Shown: positions 1 to 14,441 of the stretch, in pieces
Position numbering within the stretch: the first letter of the stretch is position 1
How the letters are laid out: each line of letters starts with the position of its first letter
The notes under the pieces: generated by a model
Told to the model about the DNA's origin: nothing
What the model saw: the letters and a program-made list of their open reading frames with translations, nothing else
Database searches by the model: none
From: Euprymna scolopes
Taxonomy: Eukaryota
Length of the DNA: 64,000 nt
Direction: 5' to 3' (one strand)
Assembly: GCA_053919585.1 (NCBI GenBank)
Contig: CM132823.1
Translations under genes and position numbers: made by a program

Positions 1-1597
1 ATACAACTTGATTAGAAGGAATCACTACTTTTAGAAAATATAGAAATTCCATTTTTACTGGCAAACTAAGGAGCCTTTTGTTTTTGTTCCCAATTCTAAT
101 AGTAACCATATTTATGTTTAGTAAAACTTGCACTAAAAATCTGAGGAAACCTACAGATGTATTAATATAAATGATCCAAGTGAACACCGTTTTTTTTTGT
201 CTAAACATCAGGAATTCTGAACAAAAACTGCAACCTTTGCAAGGTGTTTGACCAAACATGGTCAAGCAACATCCAGCTGAGCATGCAGCAAAAATTGTCC
301 ACATGTCCGTGCAGAATTGACAGACTGTCTCATTCCAACATTTAAAAGGTCATTAAATTGTTGAGGTGTATGGAAAAGAGAAGTGAAAGTTATAGTAATA
401 GAAAAAAAAAAATAATAATTATGGGCAAAAAGGTTAGGATGTACAGTTTAAAAAGAAAAGATCATACGTACTGTATCTAAGTTTCCATGTAAGGTCCAGG
501 AGGGGAGGGGCTCTGTTGCACTCAAAGAGAAGTTTAGGCATTGTTCGAGTCACATGGAGTTGACATACTGTTTCTGACCAAGAGGAACAAAGCTACACGT
601 TAAACCCTCTATCATGTGCTCAGCTTGCCGAGAGATGTCCTCTAACTGGGCAAGCCAGAATGGAAGTTAAATGTTTGCACCAATCAGCGCTGAGCTTATA
701 AATCAAACTGATTCAAATACAAACTAGTCATTTGTAATGACTGCTGTTGATGAAAAGGAGCATTTTCAATTAAATTATTGTGACAATCTTATTAACTAGA
801 ACAAATTTGAGTTTCTTTGAAGGAAAAAAAAAAAAAAGTCGTTTTAACAAAATACTTAGAATTTATCATTTCTCCATTTATTTGCTAGTTCTCAGGTATT
901 GAATGTAACTCCAGAAAATGCTGGTCACGAAAAACTCTTGAAATGATGCAGTTCTTCCTTACAAAAATTGGTTTGGCTGGTTAAGTTGCCTAGGAGAGGC
1001 ATAAATAAAAAAAATGTTTAAGGCGACTTAAATATAGTCGTCAAGACCACAAAGCTACTTCAAACAAATGCATCCCTTTTGCTGTAGACACTAAATCAAT
1101 ATAAAAGTTGAGCAGATTTCTTGCACAAACATTAAAATCAAAATGACTACTTAAAATTAATTAAACTTTGCATCGAAAGGTACACCAATTGAATATACAA
1201 AAATTTTAACCATTTCTTGCATTAAAGTCAAAATGACAATTCAACTTTTCACTAACGACTTTATGATTTTGCTAAAGTTAATATTAGCAATTAACTTATT
1301 GCATCTTAATTCAGTGATCATGTTATTTTGGAGAAATTTGTTTAAAAATGTTCTTTTCTTTAGAGGGTCCAACTTGATTTTTCTAAAAAATATGACCTAA
1401 TTACTTTTCCTTTCGATACAATCACAATTACAATATTTATCTATGAATTCATGCTAAATATTTTGTTGCATCTTTACAAAGTTATGAAATGCTTACTGTA
1501 AAATATTGTTTATAAAATGGCATTCACATACAATGCAGTTAAATCTGACGATATATGAAACCGGAACCTAGTATGATCATGTTATGCTTTATTTCAG

Positions 1598-1841
1598 TCA
1601 AAGAACTGGAGGAAATATTTTCAGGTCAAGAGAGACTGTTGCCCTCCTCCTTGCTGGAGAAATGCAAGAGTCCAAATATTTTTTTGCCTATTGTGGCATT
1701 TCGTACTCTGACGAAGTAGAATATGATGACCATTGCCTGACAAATGACCACTATAGGCATATCACCAATGATGAGGAGCAACAGTGGAACTGCAGGGAAC
1801 CACCCTTATTACAAAAATCTAAAAAGCACCTCATATGCATG
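1598..1841 (+). pseudogene. Exon-like segment encoding a matrin/U1-type C2H2 zinc finger followed by WxxRxPP (ZC3H7/HELZ2-N-terminus-like); best-preserved copy of a tandem exon array
   Basis: Acceptor TTTATTTCAG|TC at 1597/1598 and donor ATG|GTAAGT at 1841/1842. Open frame ...SKYFFAYCGISYSDEVEYDDHCLTNDHYRHITNDEEQQWNCREPP...HLICM. Sister copies read SKYCVYCG, so the first Cys is lost here. The CxxC-x12-H-x5-H...W-x-x-R-x-P-P pattern resembles ZC3H7 and invertebrate/fish HELZ2 N-termini. Confidence 0.55.
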
Positions 1842-4800
1842 GTAAGTGGAATGAAAATTGAATTATGTGAAGCATAAATTGTAAATTTTGTGCATTTTTT
1901 AGTGAAGATTGGATTATAAATGACATTTTTACTTTTAATTTTAGTGAATTTTATTTGAGGTTTAGTCTATTAATGCGATTGTTTAATATTCCTTGTTAGA
2001 TGTTCCTTCGTGTTCTTTGTTTTTGTTTTTATAAATTAGCTTGTTAGAGTTTGAGTTATTCTTTGTTTAATATAACATGTCTTGGCAAAACAATACAAGT
2101 CAACCATGGACAATTTGTCACAGACTAACACAGCCAGAGACATAAAGAAAACTTTCTTTGAATTCTAATTAAGTACTAACTATTCTTCTGGATCTTGCAA
2201 TGTCTGAACTCTCATAACTTGAAAGAGTGGAAGCATAATTTAGGTTTAATTCACATAACAAGCTTGCTAGTATATAAGATGTATAACATGATCATATAAT
2301 GCTTTATTTCGGTCAAAAACCGGGAGAAAATACTTTCATGTCAACAGACGGTTAACAGCGTCCAATGAATAAGTTGCCCGCCCCCCCCCCTTGCCACTGA
2401 AGAAATGCAAGAGTCCAAATATTCTTGTGCCTAGTATATAAGATGTATAACATAATCATGTTATGCTTCGTTTCAGTCAAAGAACTGGAGGAAATATTTT
2501 TAGGTCAAGAGACGGTTGCCCCCCCCCCCCAATTCTTGCTGCTGAAATGTCAGTCCAAATATTGTGTCTATTGTGGCATTTTGTACTCTGACAAAGCAGA
2601 ATATAATGGCCATTGTCTGACGAATTACCGCTATAGACATGTCACCTTTCTACAAAAATATAAAAAGCACCTAATATTGGAAAGTGGAATGAAAATTGAA
2701 CTATGAAGCACAAGTTGTAAGTTTTGTGCACTTTTTAGTGGAGATTTGATTATAAATGGTATTCTTTTAGTTTTAATCTCAGTAAATGTTCTTGCCAGTA
2801 TATAAGATGTATAACATGATCATGTAATGCTTTATTTCAGTTAAAGAACTGGAGAAGATACTTGCCCATTTTTGAAGCCAGAATGAAAGTTGAACGTTTG
2901 CACCAATCAGCGCTGAGCTTACAAACAAAACGGATTCAAATTTGTAAGCCATAAACTATGGTCATCTAGTTATTGCTGTTGATGAAAAGGAGCGTTTTCA
3001 ATTAAGACAATCTATTCACGATAATTTAACTAGAATGCATTTAAGTTTTTGAAGAAAATGTTTTAACGAAATACTTAGAATTTAACATTTCTAGCTTTAT
3101 TTGCTGTTCCTCATGTATTAAATGTAACAGAATTAAGTCACCTCCCAGAAAATGCTGGTCACGAAAGATTCCTGAAATGATGCAATTCCTCCTTACAAAA
3201 ATAGGTTTGGCTGATTAAGTTGCCTAGGAGAGGCATCTAAAAAAACACTTGTTCATTAAGGCAACTAATACAGACCATGCAGAAAACTTCAAAGATATTC
3301 CTTTTGTATGACACTAAAGAAAAAAGTTGAGCTCATTTCTTGTATTAACATTGAGGCAAAACTACTATTTACAATTAATTCAACTTTCCATTATCGATTT
3401 TATAGATATATGACTATGCAAGTCACAAGTTTTCATTTTTTAATTTACATGCTTAATTTAGGTTTAATTTATATGTTGGTTTTGCTAAAATTGATAATGT
3501 ATTGACATACAATGCAGTTGAATCTGACAATATATGAAATCGGGACCAGAGTGACTGAAGTCACATTATTATTACGGGGTTGTGAAAGCTTGCTAGTATA
3601 TAAGATGTATAACTTGATCATGCTAGGCTTCGTTTCAGTCAAAGAACAGGAGGAAGTATTTTTAGGACAAGGGAGAGGGTTGCCCCTCCCCCTCCTTGCT
3701 GCTGAAATATCAGTCCAAATATTGTGTCTATTGTGGCATTTTGTATTCTGAAAAAGCAGAATATAATGACAATTGTCTGACGAATTACCATTATAGACAT
3801 GTCAAAGATAAGGAGCAGCAGTGGAATTATAGAGAACCACCCTTTCTACAAAAATCTAAAAAGTACCTCATATTGGAAAGTGATATGAAGATTAAATTAT
3901 GGGAATTTTGTGCAAATTTTAAAGAAGATTGGATTATAAACGGTATTTTTAGTTTTACTCCCAGTAAATTTATTTTAAGATGTCTTGAGGGTTACAGTCT
4001 ATTAATGTGATAAAAAATTTCAATTCCTTGTTAGACGTTCATTTCCGTTTTGTTTTGTAAATTAGCTTGTTTGAGGTGAAGTTATTCGTTGTTTAATATA
4101 ACGTCTTGGCAAAAAAATACAAGTCAACCATGCAGAATTTGTCACTCACAGACTAACAGATACAAGAAAACTGAATTCTAATGAAAAGAAAGTAGCTTTA
4201 TGCTTCTAGATCTGTCAATATGTTGCAACTCTCATAACTTTAAAGTGTGGAAGTCATTGTGAAAGGTTGAATTGCCGAGTTCCATGCCAAAGCAAAAATT
4301 AGGTTTAATTTGATTTTATAGATATATGGATATGCAAGTCACAAGTCCTTATTTTTTAAATTACATGTTATTGGAGAAATTTGTGTAAAATGTTTTTTTA
4401 GAGGGTCCAACTTAATTTTTCAAAAAAATTATGGCCTAATTACTTTTCCTTTCGGTAGAATCACAATTAAAATATTTATCTTATTTAATGATAAATGTTT
4501 TGTTTCATCTTTACTAAGTTACGAAATGTTTATTGTAAAATATTGTTTATAAAATGGCATTCACATACAATACAGTTAAATCTGACGATACATGAAACTG
4601 GAACCCGAGTGACGGAAGTCACTTTATTACTGGGTTGTGAAAGCTTGCTAGTATATAAGATGTATAACATAATCATGTTATGTTTTATTTCAGTCAAAGA
4701 ACTGGAGGAAATATTTAGGTCAAGAGAGACGGTTGCACCCCCCCCCCCGTTCTTGCCATTGAAATGTCAGAGTCCAAATATTGTGTTTATTGTGGCATTT

Positions 4801-5644
4801 TGTACTCTGACAAAGCAGAATGACCATTGTCTGACGAATTACCACTATAGACATGTCACCAAAGATAAGGAGCAGCAATGGAATTATAGAGAAGCACCCT
4901 TTCTACAAAAATATAAAAAGCACCTCATATTGGAAAGTGGAATGAAAATTAAACTATATGGAGCGTAAGTTGTAAATTTTGTGCAAGTGTTATGCAACTA
5001 CACTTTTTGCACTGATCTTCTCAGCGAGTCACAAACATGGCTGTTTATGAGGAAACAGGAAAGTTTCATTTTTCAATTACAGGTGTTTTTTAAAACCATA
5101 TTTAAATCCAGAACAATTCTATGGAAGGCCACCCTACACTTCGCTTTGTGGATCATACAGCTCTAACTGCAAGATCTTTGATGCTCAGCACCTTTGTTTT
5201 TGCTAGATTTTACAGCATATCAGCCCGTTGGGTCATTTTGTGCCAATTGTCTACAATTTTAGGAAGCCTTTACTCCCCGCATCTTAATTTTTAACTGTTC
5301 AAGCTTCACCATCAATTTTAAGAGGACAGGTAATCTAACCTTGTCCTACAATCGAAACTGAAGCAAAGACAACTTTCTGAAGTCATTCAAGTTAAATAGT
5401 TAAAACAAAAAACAAAAAAAAAAACAGCAAAGTTATGTAAAAATGTTCACTTGGAAGCAAAGTTATCCCTTTTGGATCTTTCAGTAAGATCTTCAACTGA
5501 ATTCCCAAAATGCCAATGCATTTTTGAAAGCTCAGTCTTTTAGAAATAGATATTTGGTTATGCATTAAAATAAAAGTATGAAAGGCTATAATATTGACAA
5601 ATGTCTAGATCAGAATCGTGGACACCTTACCAGTATTACATCCA

Positions 5645-5990
5645 TCAACTGAAGGTATTCCACAATATTCCCTGGCACACATTGTCAAAGATTTGTTGCA
5701 TGTGGCAAACAGAAAAAGTTGGATGAAAAGTGTTGCTTTGTGGAGAGATGTTCATACGAACTGATTTATGCAACAATCCTAGGACTAAAACGGGTTTGTA
5801 GATTACAATATATGAATCCAAATAAATTTGAAGTTTATCACGAATGTAATTCCCCACACAATTATGCTTTCCCATTCAAGAGTTTGAGGTGTGGAAATGG
5901 ATGCACATTCATGAGTATTACTTTGTTTTGAAGCAAAGTTAGTTTACCAATGCAGATGTGACCCAACGCTGATAATTGAAGGATCATATT
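5645..5990 (+). pseudogene. Decayed CCCH zinc-finger exon remnant (..FPF..FEVWKWM)
   Basis: Homologous to 12580-12790, 15370-15640 (CNCPFPHSHE..FEVWKWM) and the reverse complement of 62090-62460. C-x3-H-S..E..VW is the ZC3H7/HELZ-type CCCH tail. Confidence 0.5.
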
Positions 5991-8900
5991 TGGAAAATAT
6001 TTAAAAAAAAAAAAGTTTTAATCAACTGGTTCAAGTTTTAGGTGGAAATTTAAGTTTGCTTTAAAAGCTTATAAAATTTGCTAGATATTTGTATAAAAGC
6101 CTTCTCAAATGAAATCATATTTAAGCATAAATTATTAAAATTTGGTTTTTAAAAATCAAAATATAGAAATGAAATTGGACATCATTAATTCAGTCAAGAG
6201 AAATAGATGCATTTGATTGCAAATGCCTTAGATTCTGGAGATCAAATGGAGCGATCGAATTCCTAACAAAGTCAGATGGCAATAGCAGGTAGTACCATTT
6301 AAAAAAAAAATGGATACTTTCATTCCATCAAGCATCATAAGTTAGTAAGTAAACTAAAAGTAACTTTTCATTTTCGTGGTTGCTACAGAGTGTGCATTAA
6401 GTGTTTTTTATCAGACATACGGGATGTTTCAAATCTGATTAGGTTTATTTTCAGCCTCATCCTCCACATACTGATGGTGACCGTCTTTGATTTGGAACCT
6501 ATTAGTGCAGCAATTTGGCTTCAACAGCAGAAACGTTTTGCATTGGAGCTCAGCATGATATGCTCACAACATGGAAGTTGTGGGCGTTAAGCCTTTCACC
6601 TACTTTGACTTTAATATGATTTTTTAAAGTTACCTTAAAATCTGCATTAGGGTCGAGAATATGAAACTATTTGAGGTGAAGACAATGAAGCTTTTGAAAC
6701 TATATTCCAAATTTTGGCAATAAAAAGGTGGGGATGAGGGTCTCACTCCCCAGTTATTTGACATTTTACGTACATATATATATATATAGTAAATAAAGTA
6801 GATTCATTTTAAGCCTCATCCACATACTGATGGTGACGTTCGATTTGGAACCTATTAATGTGGCAATTCGGCTCCAACAACGTAATAACGAACTATTTTT
6901 TGAAAGAGGTGAAGGGAATGAAGCTTTAGATACTACCTTCCAAATTTAGAAATGGCAGGTGTTGGTGGAGGTCTTTCATATCACGAGTAGTGTTTACATT
7001 TTACATATTTTTATAAACATTTTATTGTTCAGACCTGCTATTGCATATGTGTGCATGTACACGTATTTGTTTGGTCCCATTGAGGTCAGACTGAAAACGC
7101 TTCCCTGATATTCTCCATTCGCCTTTTACAGACTATTTCAGATAGCTTAATGTATGACCCGGCTTCCCACATCCAGTTAGTTCCGGGATTCAGTCGTGCC
7201 ACAATTGACATACCCATTTCTGAAGCCAGAATGGAGGTTAAATGTTTACAATCAGCGCTGAGTTTATAAACCAAACGGATTCGAATTTGTAAACCACAAA
7301 CTCTGGTCATCTGTAGTTACTGCTGTTGAAGAAAAGGAGCGTTTTCAATTAAATTGAATTGATTGTCTTATTAATTAGAATGCATTTATGTTTCTTTGAA
7401 GAAAAAGTCGTTTTAACAAAATTTAGCATTTCTAGCTTTATTTGCTGTTCCACATGTATTAAAAGTAAGAGCATTAAGTCAACTCCCAGAAAATGCTGGT
7501 CAAGAAAAATTCTTGAAATGATGCAATTCCTCCTTACAAAAACAGGTTTGGCTGTTTAAGTTGCCTAGGAGAGGCATCCAAAAAACACTTGTTCATTAAG
7601 CCGACTAATACAGACTATGCAGATTTGTATGACACTAAAAACAAAAGTTGAGCCCATTTCTTACACTAACATTAAGGCAAAATTACTATTTACAATTGAT
7701 TCAACTTTTCACTATCGATTCTATGGATACATGGATATGCAAGTCTGACGATATCTGAAATCGGGACCCGAGTGACTTGTTAGAGGTTGAGTTATTCACA
7801 TACAATGCAGTTAAATCTGACGATATATGAAGATGTATAACATGATCTGGAGCAAATATTTTCAGGTCAAGAGAAATGGTTGACCCCTCCCCTTGCTGCT
7901 GAAATGTCAGAGCCCAAATATTGTGTCTATTGTGGCATTTTGTACTGACAACGTAGAATATAATGACTATTATCTGACAAATCACTACTATAGACATATC
8001 ACCAACGATGAGGAACAACAGTGGAACTGCAGGAAACCGCCCTTGCTACAAAAATCTAGTAATCACCTCATATTGGAAAGTGGAATGAAAATTGAATTAT
8101 GTGACACGTAAGTTATAAATTTTGTGCAATTTTTAGTGCAGATTGGATTATAAATGGTTTTCTTTTAGTTTTAATCTCAGTAAATTTTTTAAAGATTTAC
8201 TGAGGTTAACAGTCTATTAATGTGATTGTTTAATATTCCTTGTTAGATGTTCATTCGTGTTTGTGCGAATTAGCTTGTTAGAGGTTGAGTTAAACCGAGT
8301 AACTTTCTTTGAATCCTAATTAAACTAGGATTCTGGATCTTTCAATGTCTGAACTCTCAACCTTAAAATGTGAAAGTCATTGTGAAAGGTTGAATTGCCG
8401 AGTTCTATGCCAAAGCAAAAATTAGGTTTAATTCACATAGCAAGCTTGCTAGTATATATGATGTATAACATGCTTCATTTTAGTCAAAGAACTGAAGAAA
8501 ATACTTGTAGGTAAGACGGTTAACAGCGTCCAATGAAAAAGTTTACCCCCTCCCATCCTTGCTGCTGAAATGCAAGAGTCCAAATTGTGGCATTTGGTAC
8601 TCTGGCAAAGTTGAATATAATGAACATTGCATTACAAACCATCACCACTATAGACGTGCGACTAATGATGAGGGGCAACAATGGAACTACAGAAAATCAC
8701 CTTTTTTACAAGAATGTAAAAGCATTACAGAGTTGTGAAACTTGGCATAAGACATGATCATGTTACGCTTTATTTCAGTCAAAGAACTAGGAGTAATTTT
8801 AGGTAAAGCGAAACGGTTGAAAACAGTGTCCAATATTCAAGAGTTGCCCCCTCCCACTCCTTGCTGCTGAAGAAATGCCAGAGTTCTATTCCTATGCTTA

Positions 8901-9979
8901 TTGTAGCATTTGGTATTCTGGTAAAATTCAATATGACGAGCATTGTGCTACAAATCATTGGTATAGATGCATCACCAACGATGAGGAACAATGGAATTAC
9001 AAGTCAGCCATGGACAAAGTTTGAGGAAATTGGTTAAGAAAAAGAAAAGCCGTTTCACATTTGGGCAATTTATTAGTTAATAATACAAATTTAACTTGTT
9101 TTATAATTTTTTTCCATTTTATTTTTTAACCACTATAAGACAATGGACTCGAGATATTAATGTGCCCGAATACTCATGTGCTTAATTGATGAATTGTCAA
9201 GTTTCACGCCAAAGCAAAATGGCTGCATCAATCTGTTCTTATATAGTCCTAAATGCAGATAACTTACCCATATAAGTACCTTCTGGCCGTTCTACATATT
9301 TGAGCATTTGAGTAGTTGATTACTACAAATTTAACTTACAATTTATTTTTATTTTTTAACTTCAGACATAAAACAAGATGCTGAAGACATTAACAATGTG
9401 CCCGAATGCTCCTGGGCTTGGAAAAATGAGGAAAATATTTTATTCCTTAAAACTAAATATGAGCACAATGGCACATTATCGAACTGCAAAAAACTTTTCT
9501 GGATTCTAATACTTTTTAATGTGGCAAGAAACTTTTAGAAAAACTTTCAAGTACATCGTTCAAGTTTTAGGTTGAAATTCAGGTTAGAATGCTTTAAAAA
9601 CTTTCCATGAAATGATCCCATAAAATTCATTTCACTCACCTATTAAAAGGGCAACCTCAATTCAACAGCAGCAACATTACCCAACCAACATCATCGAAAG
9701 AAAATATGGATTATTCAAAGGAAGGAAATACCTGAAAAGTTTGCCCAGGATCAAATAAAGAAAGAGGAGTAGAAACTGACAAATGATCCAGAGATAATAG
9801 AAACAGGTTGACATAATTAAGAATTTTGATCTGGACAAATCACACCATGCAAATATGACAAATTGTTAATTGCTCACAATACGGTCGAGCAGGTGCTGTG
9901 GAATGCTGATAAAAATTAGATTTGTCCAGATTCATATGAAGTGTTAGAACTGGGTTTAATTAATCAAACCCCATTTCCA

Positions 9980-10250
9980 TCTTTTATAATATAAATCTCA
10001 CCGGCCTGTTTAAATGTTTGTATCTATCTTTGTACGTCTGCCTAAAACTTTCGACAGGTGACGGATTTCATGAGATCAGTATCGTTTTGAAGCTCGACCC
10101 TTCAGACGGCAAATATAAAAAATTTGCTAAAAACACGAATTCCTTCACCCTGAACTCCTTTCTTCAACTCAGCTCCTTTCTACAGGGAGGGGGGGGTCGC
10201 TTGTTTCGCCGATATACAAACACCTGGGTAACACTGGGACCACAGTGTAG
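9980..10250 (+). mobile_element. Non-autonomous Helitron
   Basis: Starts TCTTTTATAATATAAATCT after an A. Ends with subterminal hairpin-like CCTGGGTAACACTGGG then CACAGTGTAG followed by T (A|T target). A second diverged copy lies at about 53635-53800. Confidence 0.6.
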
Positions 10251-12199
10251 TTATAGTTCATTACACATTTTATTTTAAGTATAGGAAGGAAGATTTGATC
10301 TGACAATTTCTGTGGAATGCTTATAAAGACTAAATTATAGAATCTTTATCCAATGTGGAATGCTGAGGACTAATTTGATAAAGATTTGATAATTTAATGT
10401 AAAAATAAAAATTTCCAATTATCAGAAAATATGGAATCATGTCACAGATCCTGCATTTGCTTCAAATTAAATCAATTTCTACATAAAATTACAGTTGCCA
10501 ACATTTGAGCATTTAAAACTCGTTACAATTCTAACAAAACTCTTATGGTGCAAATAAAATGCTTATTAAAAAGCATTGAGCACTATTTCCTTTGATAGGG
10601 AAGATTTCAAGAATTGCAGACAAATCTGTTCACGGGGGCACAGGACTGTTAAATGAGAAGTGTAGATGTTATGAGGTTTCAAATTCACAAAATACAGGTC
10701 TTTGATAAATAGCATATGCCAATATGAGGGCCAATGCCGTTCTGCAGTCAAGAAATGTTAAAAATGGATGAGTTTTACAAAGTGAAAAATGTCAACTCTT
10801 CATATTTTACTAATCTAATTAGATATAAAAGCATGTAATTAAAAAGTACAAATGCACTTTTTCACAATCAAGCTGGAAAGTTTGGTTAAAATTTAAGAAA
10901 ACGAAATATTTTGTACAAATAAATCTCTATCTGTATAATAGGTTTGCCAAATTAAGTTGCAGCACCATTTTTGCAAATAATCTTAAAGAACAATGGTCAG
11001 CAATTCAGAGATAACATTTCATTAAAATCATTTTGTACAAATTCAATGACTAAAAGGTCATCTCTTAAAGATTTCAAATCTATTGCAAATAATCTGCATG
11101 CATGTATCAATTTTATATTAATTTGTGAATAAATTCCCAGAAAACAATTCACATGTTTTCAGAGGTGCTCTAGAGTAAACCAGGTTTATCCAGGGAAGTT
11201 TACTTAGACCTCATTTAATCAGAATCCTTTAAATAAGATTAAATATCCTAAAAATTATTTCAGTCAGCATAACCCCAGAACTAGCAAAGACCCAATAATA
11301 TCCGGGATTGAATGAAGATCAAATATTCTACCCTTCCATGCTACATCAAACTTCATGAAATCGATTTTTCAAATTAATTTTTTTTAAATATAAAAAACGT
11401 CAAAAATGGTTCAATTGTGCTATAAACAGAAATATTCATTTCGAATGCGCCCCTGTCTTTCAAAGATCCTATTGTTAATTTTATTCGTTTGGACTTTCTA
11501 CTTGTGAGGTAATAAAAACTCAAATTTTTTTGTAATATTAAGTTGTACCAAAGAGATGAACTTTGGTAAAAAGTGAACTTCCTTAATCGGATTTTTTTTT
11601 TTTTAATTATTGATACTTATCAGGGGAATTCTAATACAAGACTTACCTAAGAACACTCCCAGACATTAAGTGCATTAGTGTGAAATTTCCAAGAAGTTTC
11701 AAATCGGCCCAGCTTTTTTCGAGTTATATGAACACAAATATAATAAAGTAGTAACCGAAAACTGATGTCAAAAACCGCACAAGAAAGGTGAAGATGGAAA
11801 TCTAACAATGAACGGAAGAATTCATAACTTGTCTGATTAAAAGATGCTGGAGAAAGACTGAACTAGAAAATAAAATTATACATCAGATAAACACTTGCCT
11901 AATCAGGATTTTGCAAGTCTCACAGGCTTTATGTTTATTCGAAAGAGTTAAACCAGTGAGAAATAGTGGGAGTCATGTCGAAACTGTACACTATATCCCC
12001 CCCCCTCACAGAAAGCACTAATCCAAGGTAAACTTTCCAACCATCTCTTCACTCACAAATAAGTTGGACGATTTGCTACCCTTTTCATGTTACTGAAGCC
12101 ATAAGGAAATGGCTTCAAACGTTCATGAAGAATTCAAATCTCACAGCAAGAAAACCAATTGACAATTATTCAATAGTTGCTCAGTCAAAAAGGGAGCCA

Positions 12200-12790
12200 T
12201 CAGATTAATCTGATGTTGAATCTTGGCCATTCAATTAAGGACACGATTTTCATATTCTGTGCTGAACGTTTTCCTAACTGCTGAATAAGTTACTTTTGTT
12301 GAAAGGGGAGTCTCGTTGAAAGTCGAAAGTTAAAATATTTAATACGCTTTCTGCAGATTTATCTGAATATTCTGGATGTGCACAGACTGCCAATGTTCAT
12401 TTGCTCAAAATATAATTGAGCTATGGAGAAATACAGTTTTCTTTATTTTTGTCACAATATAGAACCTCCTTTTTGTAGATACGGTGTAATTAATGAAGTG
12501 CAGCCTGTGCACTTATTGAAGAATCTTTGACAAAAATCGTAAGCAAACATGTTCCTTGATGGTCAGCAGTGTCGAAAGTGTTGATTTTGTTGCACGTGGC
12601 AAGCAGGAAAATTGAATGGAGATAAATTTGTTTTGTGGGGGATAAAAAATCTTCAAACTTTCGTCCATGTAAAAGATGTTACAATGAAATATTCAAACGC
12701 TGAAGGAAATGTAGCTCTGGGAGCTATGTAAAAATCCCAGGACTTAAACGGGTTCGTAGATTATCTACGAAACCAAAGAAAAATAATCCC
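12200..12790 (+). pseudogene. Decayed CCCH zinc-finger coding segment
   Basis: Frame reads AFCRFI*IFWMCTDCQCSFAQNIIELWR (C-x8-C-x4-C-x3-[H>Q]...IEL.W). An upstream FCAERFP motif is shared with the older paralog at about 63100-63270 (minus strand). Confidence 0.5.
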
Positions 12791-12799
12791 AGAAAGCAG

Positions 12800-13970
12800 C
12801 AGTAGGTCCTGATAAGCTCTACAAAGTGTTTCTAAAGCAATCACCAGAATAATCAATCTAGTCTCCTAAGCATCCTTAATAGGAGGATGGACAAATAACC
12901 TATTTCCAGAACCATAGAAAAAAAAAATGACATCTCATTGCCTAAAATAAGTAATCCACAAAACTAGACCCATGACTAACAATTTGCCAATTTAAAACTT
13001 GGGAGCATATAGTCAGACTAAAATGGCTACTTGAAACAATCAAATCACTAATATTCAAACAATTTCTGAAGAAAAAAAAATTGAAGCAGGCATGATCCTG
13101 TGAGAGCACAGTGAACGAGGCATAAAAATTAAGTTCAGCATTGCCCCCCCCCCCCATTTAGCCCCCAAAGGTCGTCAAATTCTGGTGAAAATGAACAAAA
13201 GGTGGTATTTTAAGCACTAACATAAATTTAAGTTCTGCATCATGCAAAAAGAAAAAAAAAAAAAAAAAAAGACCAAGTCCATCATTTGTCCACTTCCCTT
13301 AAGCCCTGGAGCACCCGTTCTGTTACTTTTTTTTTTTTTTTACTAATGTTTATTTGTGCAAAACAAAATTCCAAGGTGTAGTTATTGAGAAAAGTGCAGC
13401 CAGACGAACAGACAAGGGTGAATTTACAGGTCCACCCTCCTTTTGTTGAGGGGGGCGGGGCAAAAATGGAATAGACCAAATAACTCAATTAGAAACTAAA
13501 ACATGACAGCAATATTTTGACAGAAAAAGTTTGATACCACTTGGAGATCATAGCATCATAAGAGATCTCCAAGATCTAAGCATACGTGGAAGACTTGTAT
13601 TATTTATCAAAAACTTCCTGCGTACTAAAAACTTCAAATGAGACCTATCAGATACACAAAATATAGGTATTCACAAGGAATTATCCTGTCCACAGCACCG
13701 TTTTCAAGAAATATTAAAAACTTAATGCTTACAACTGAGTGCTCTCTACATTGAGGTCTCATCAGCTACAGAATCCTCCCATATCCTAATGGGAAGAACC
13801 TTACAATTAAATCTAAATAGAATAAATAACATATACAATGGCTTCAGTTTGGTGTGTTAATTTCTGTGCTTTAAGAAAAATGCATGATTCAGCGCTCAAA
13901 CTAGAGAATATCAGTTGTCAACCTCGGAGTCATTTGATAAATTTAATTTCAAACCCCACATAAGTTACTA
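12800..13970 (+). mobile_element. I/Nimb-like LINE reverse-transcriptase fragment, interrupted by a non-coding repeat at about 13080-13490
   Basis: Degenerate RT motifs: ..IVRLKWLLE..ITNIQ; KFDTTWR..SIIRDLQDLSIRGRLVLFIKNFL; QGIILS. Mostly deleted in the right-arm copy (junction at about 59562). Confidence 0.6.
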
Positions 13971-14441
13971 AGTCCCGATTGTGTGGGGGAAGGTCCATCC
14001 AGGTGGCGCTCCAACAATAAAATTCTAATAAAAATGAACAAGATGTTTAATCCTCATATCCTAAGATATCAGACCATGTAATTAAAATGGTCACATGCTA
14101 CATGCAGTAGTTTTTCAAGATTGCTCAAGTTTTAGGAGAGAGCTTAATATTTAGAACTGATAAACTTGAAGCCTTTGATATTTTGAAAGATGTTTGTGTA
14201 AAAGTCTTCTCAAATCATAAGCATAAAGGATTAAAATTGGGTTTTTAAAAACTATATGGAAGTGAAATTTGACAAATGAAAGTTATACTTTAATTCCATC
14301 AAGCATCATAAGTTACAGAGTCTAAACAACTAAATTAAAAGTAGTCATTTTCATGGTGGAAATAAAAAGTTTGCTACAAAGTGTGCATTAAGTTTTTATC
14401 AAACATACGGGATGTTGCAATCTGATTAGGTTTGTTTTCAG

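Larger units (their letters stand above)
651..9430 (+). repeat. Degenerate tandem array of zinc-finger gene modules (about 7 ZF-exon copies, 3 copies of a second exon module)
   Basis: The ZF exon recurs at about 1598, 2477, 3638, 4694, 7860, 8484 and 8778, with partials at about 2310 and 2840. The module AAGCCAGAATG..GTTGCCTAGGAGAGGCAT recurs at about 651-1000, 2875-3240 and 7222-7580. CCCH-tail remnants CLNSHNLKEW (about 2202) and CPNTH/CPNAP (about 9162, 9398). Copies carry stops and frameshifts. Confidence 0.8.

Noticed and set aside
200-330. Possible BED zinc-finger remnant (CNLCKV...NMVKQHPAEH)
   Set aside because: Short, needs a frameshift, and no accompanying transposase or TIR is identifiable.
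1584-9000. Intact functional zinc-finger gene or Dscam-like active cassette array
   Set aside because: Most copies have lost the donor GT or carry frameshifts/stops, and no complete exon chain is visible in the window.
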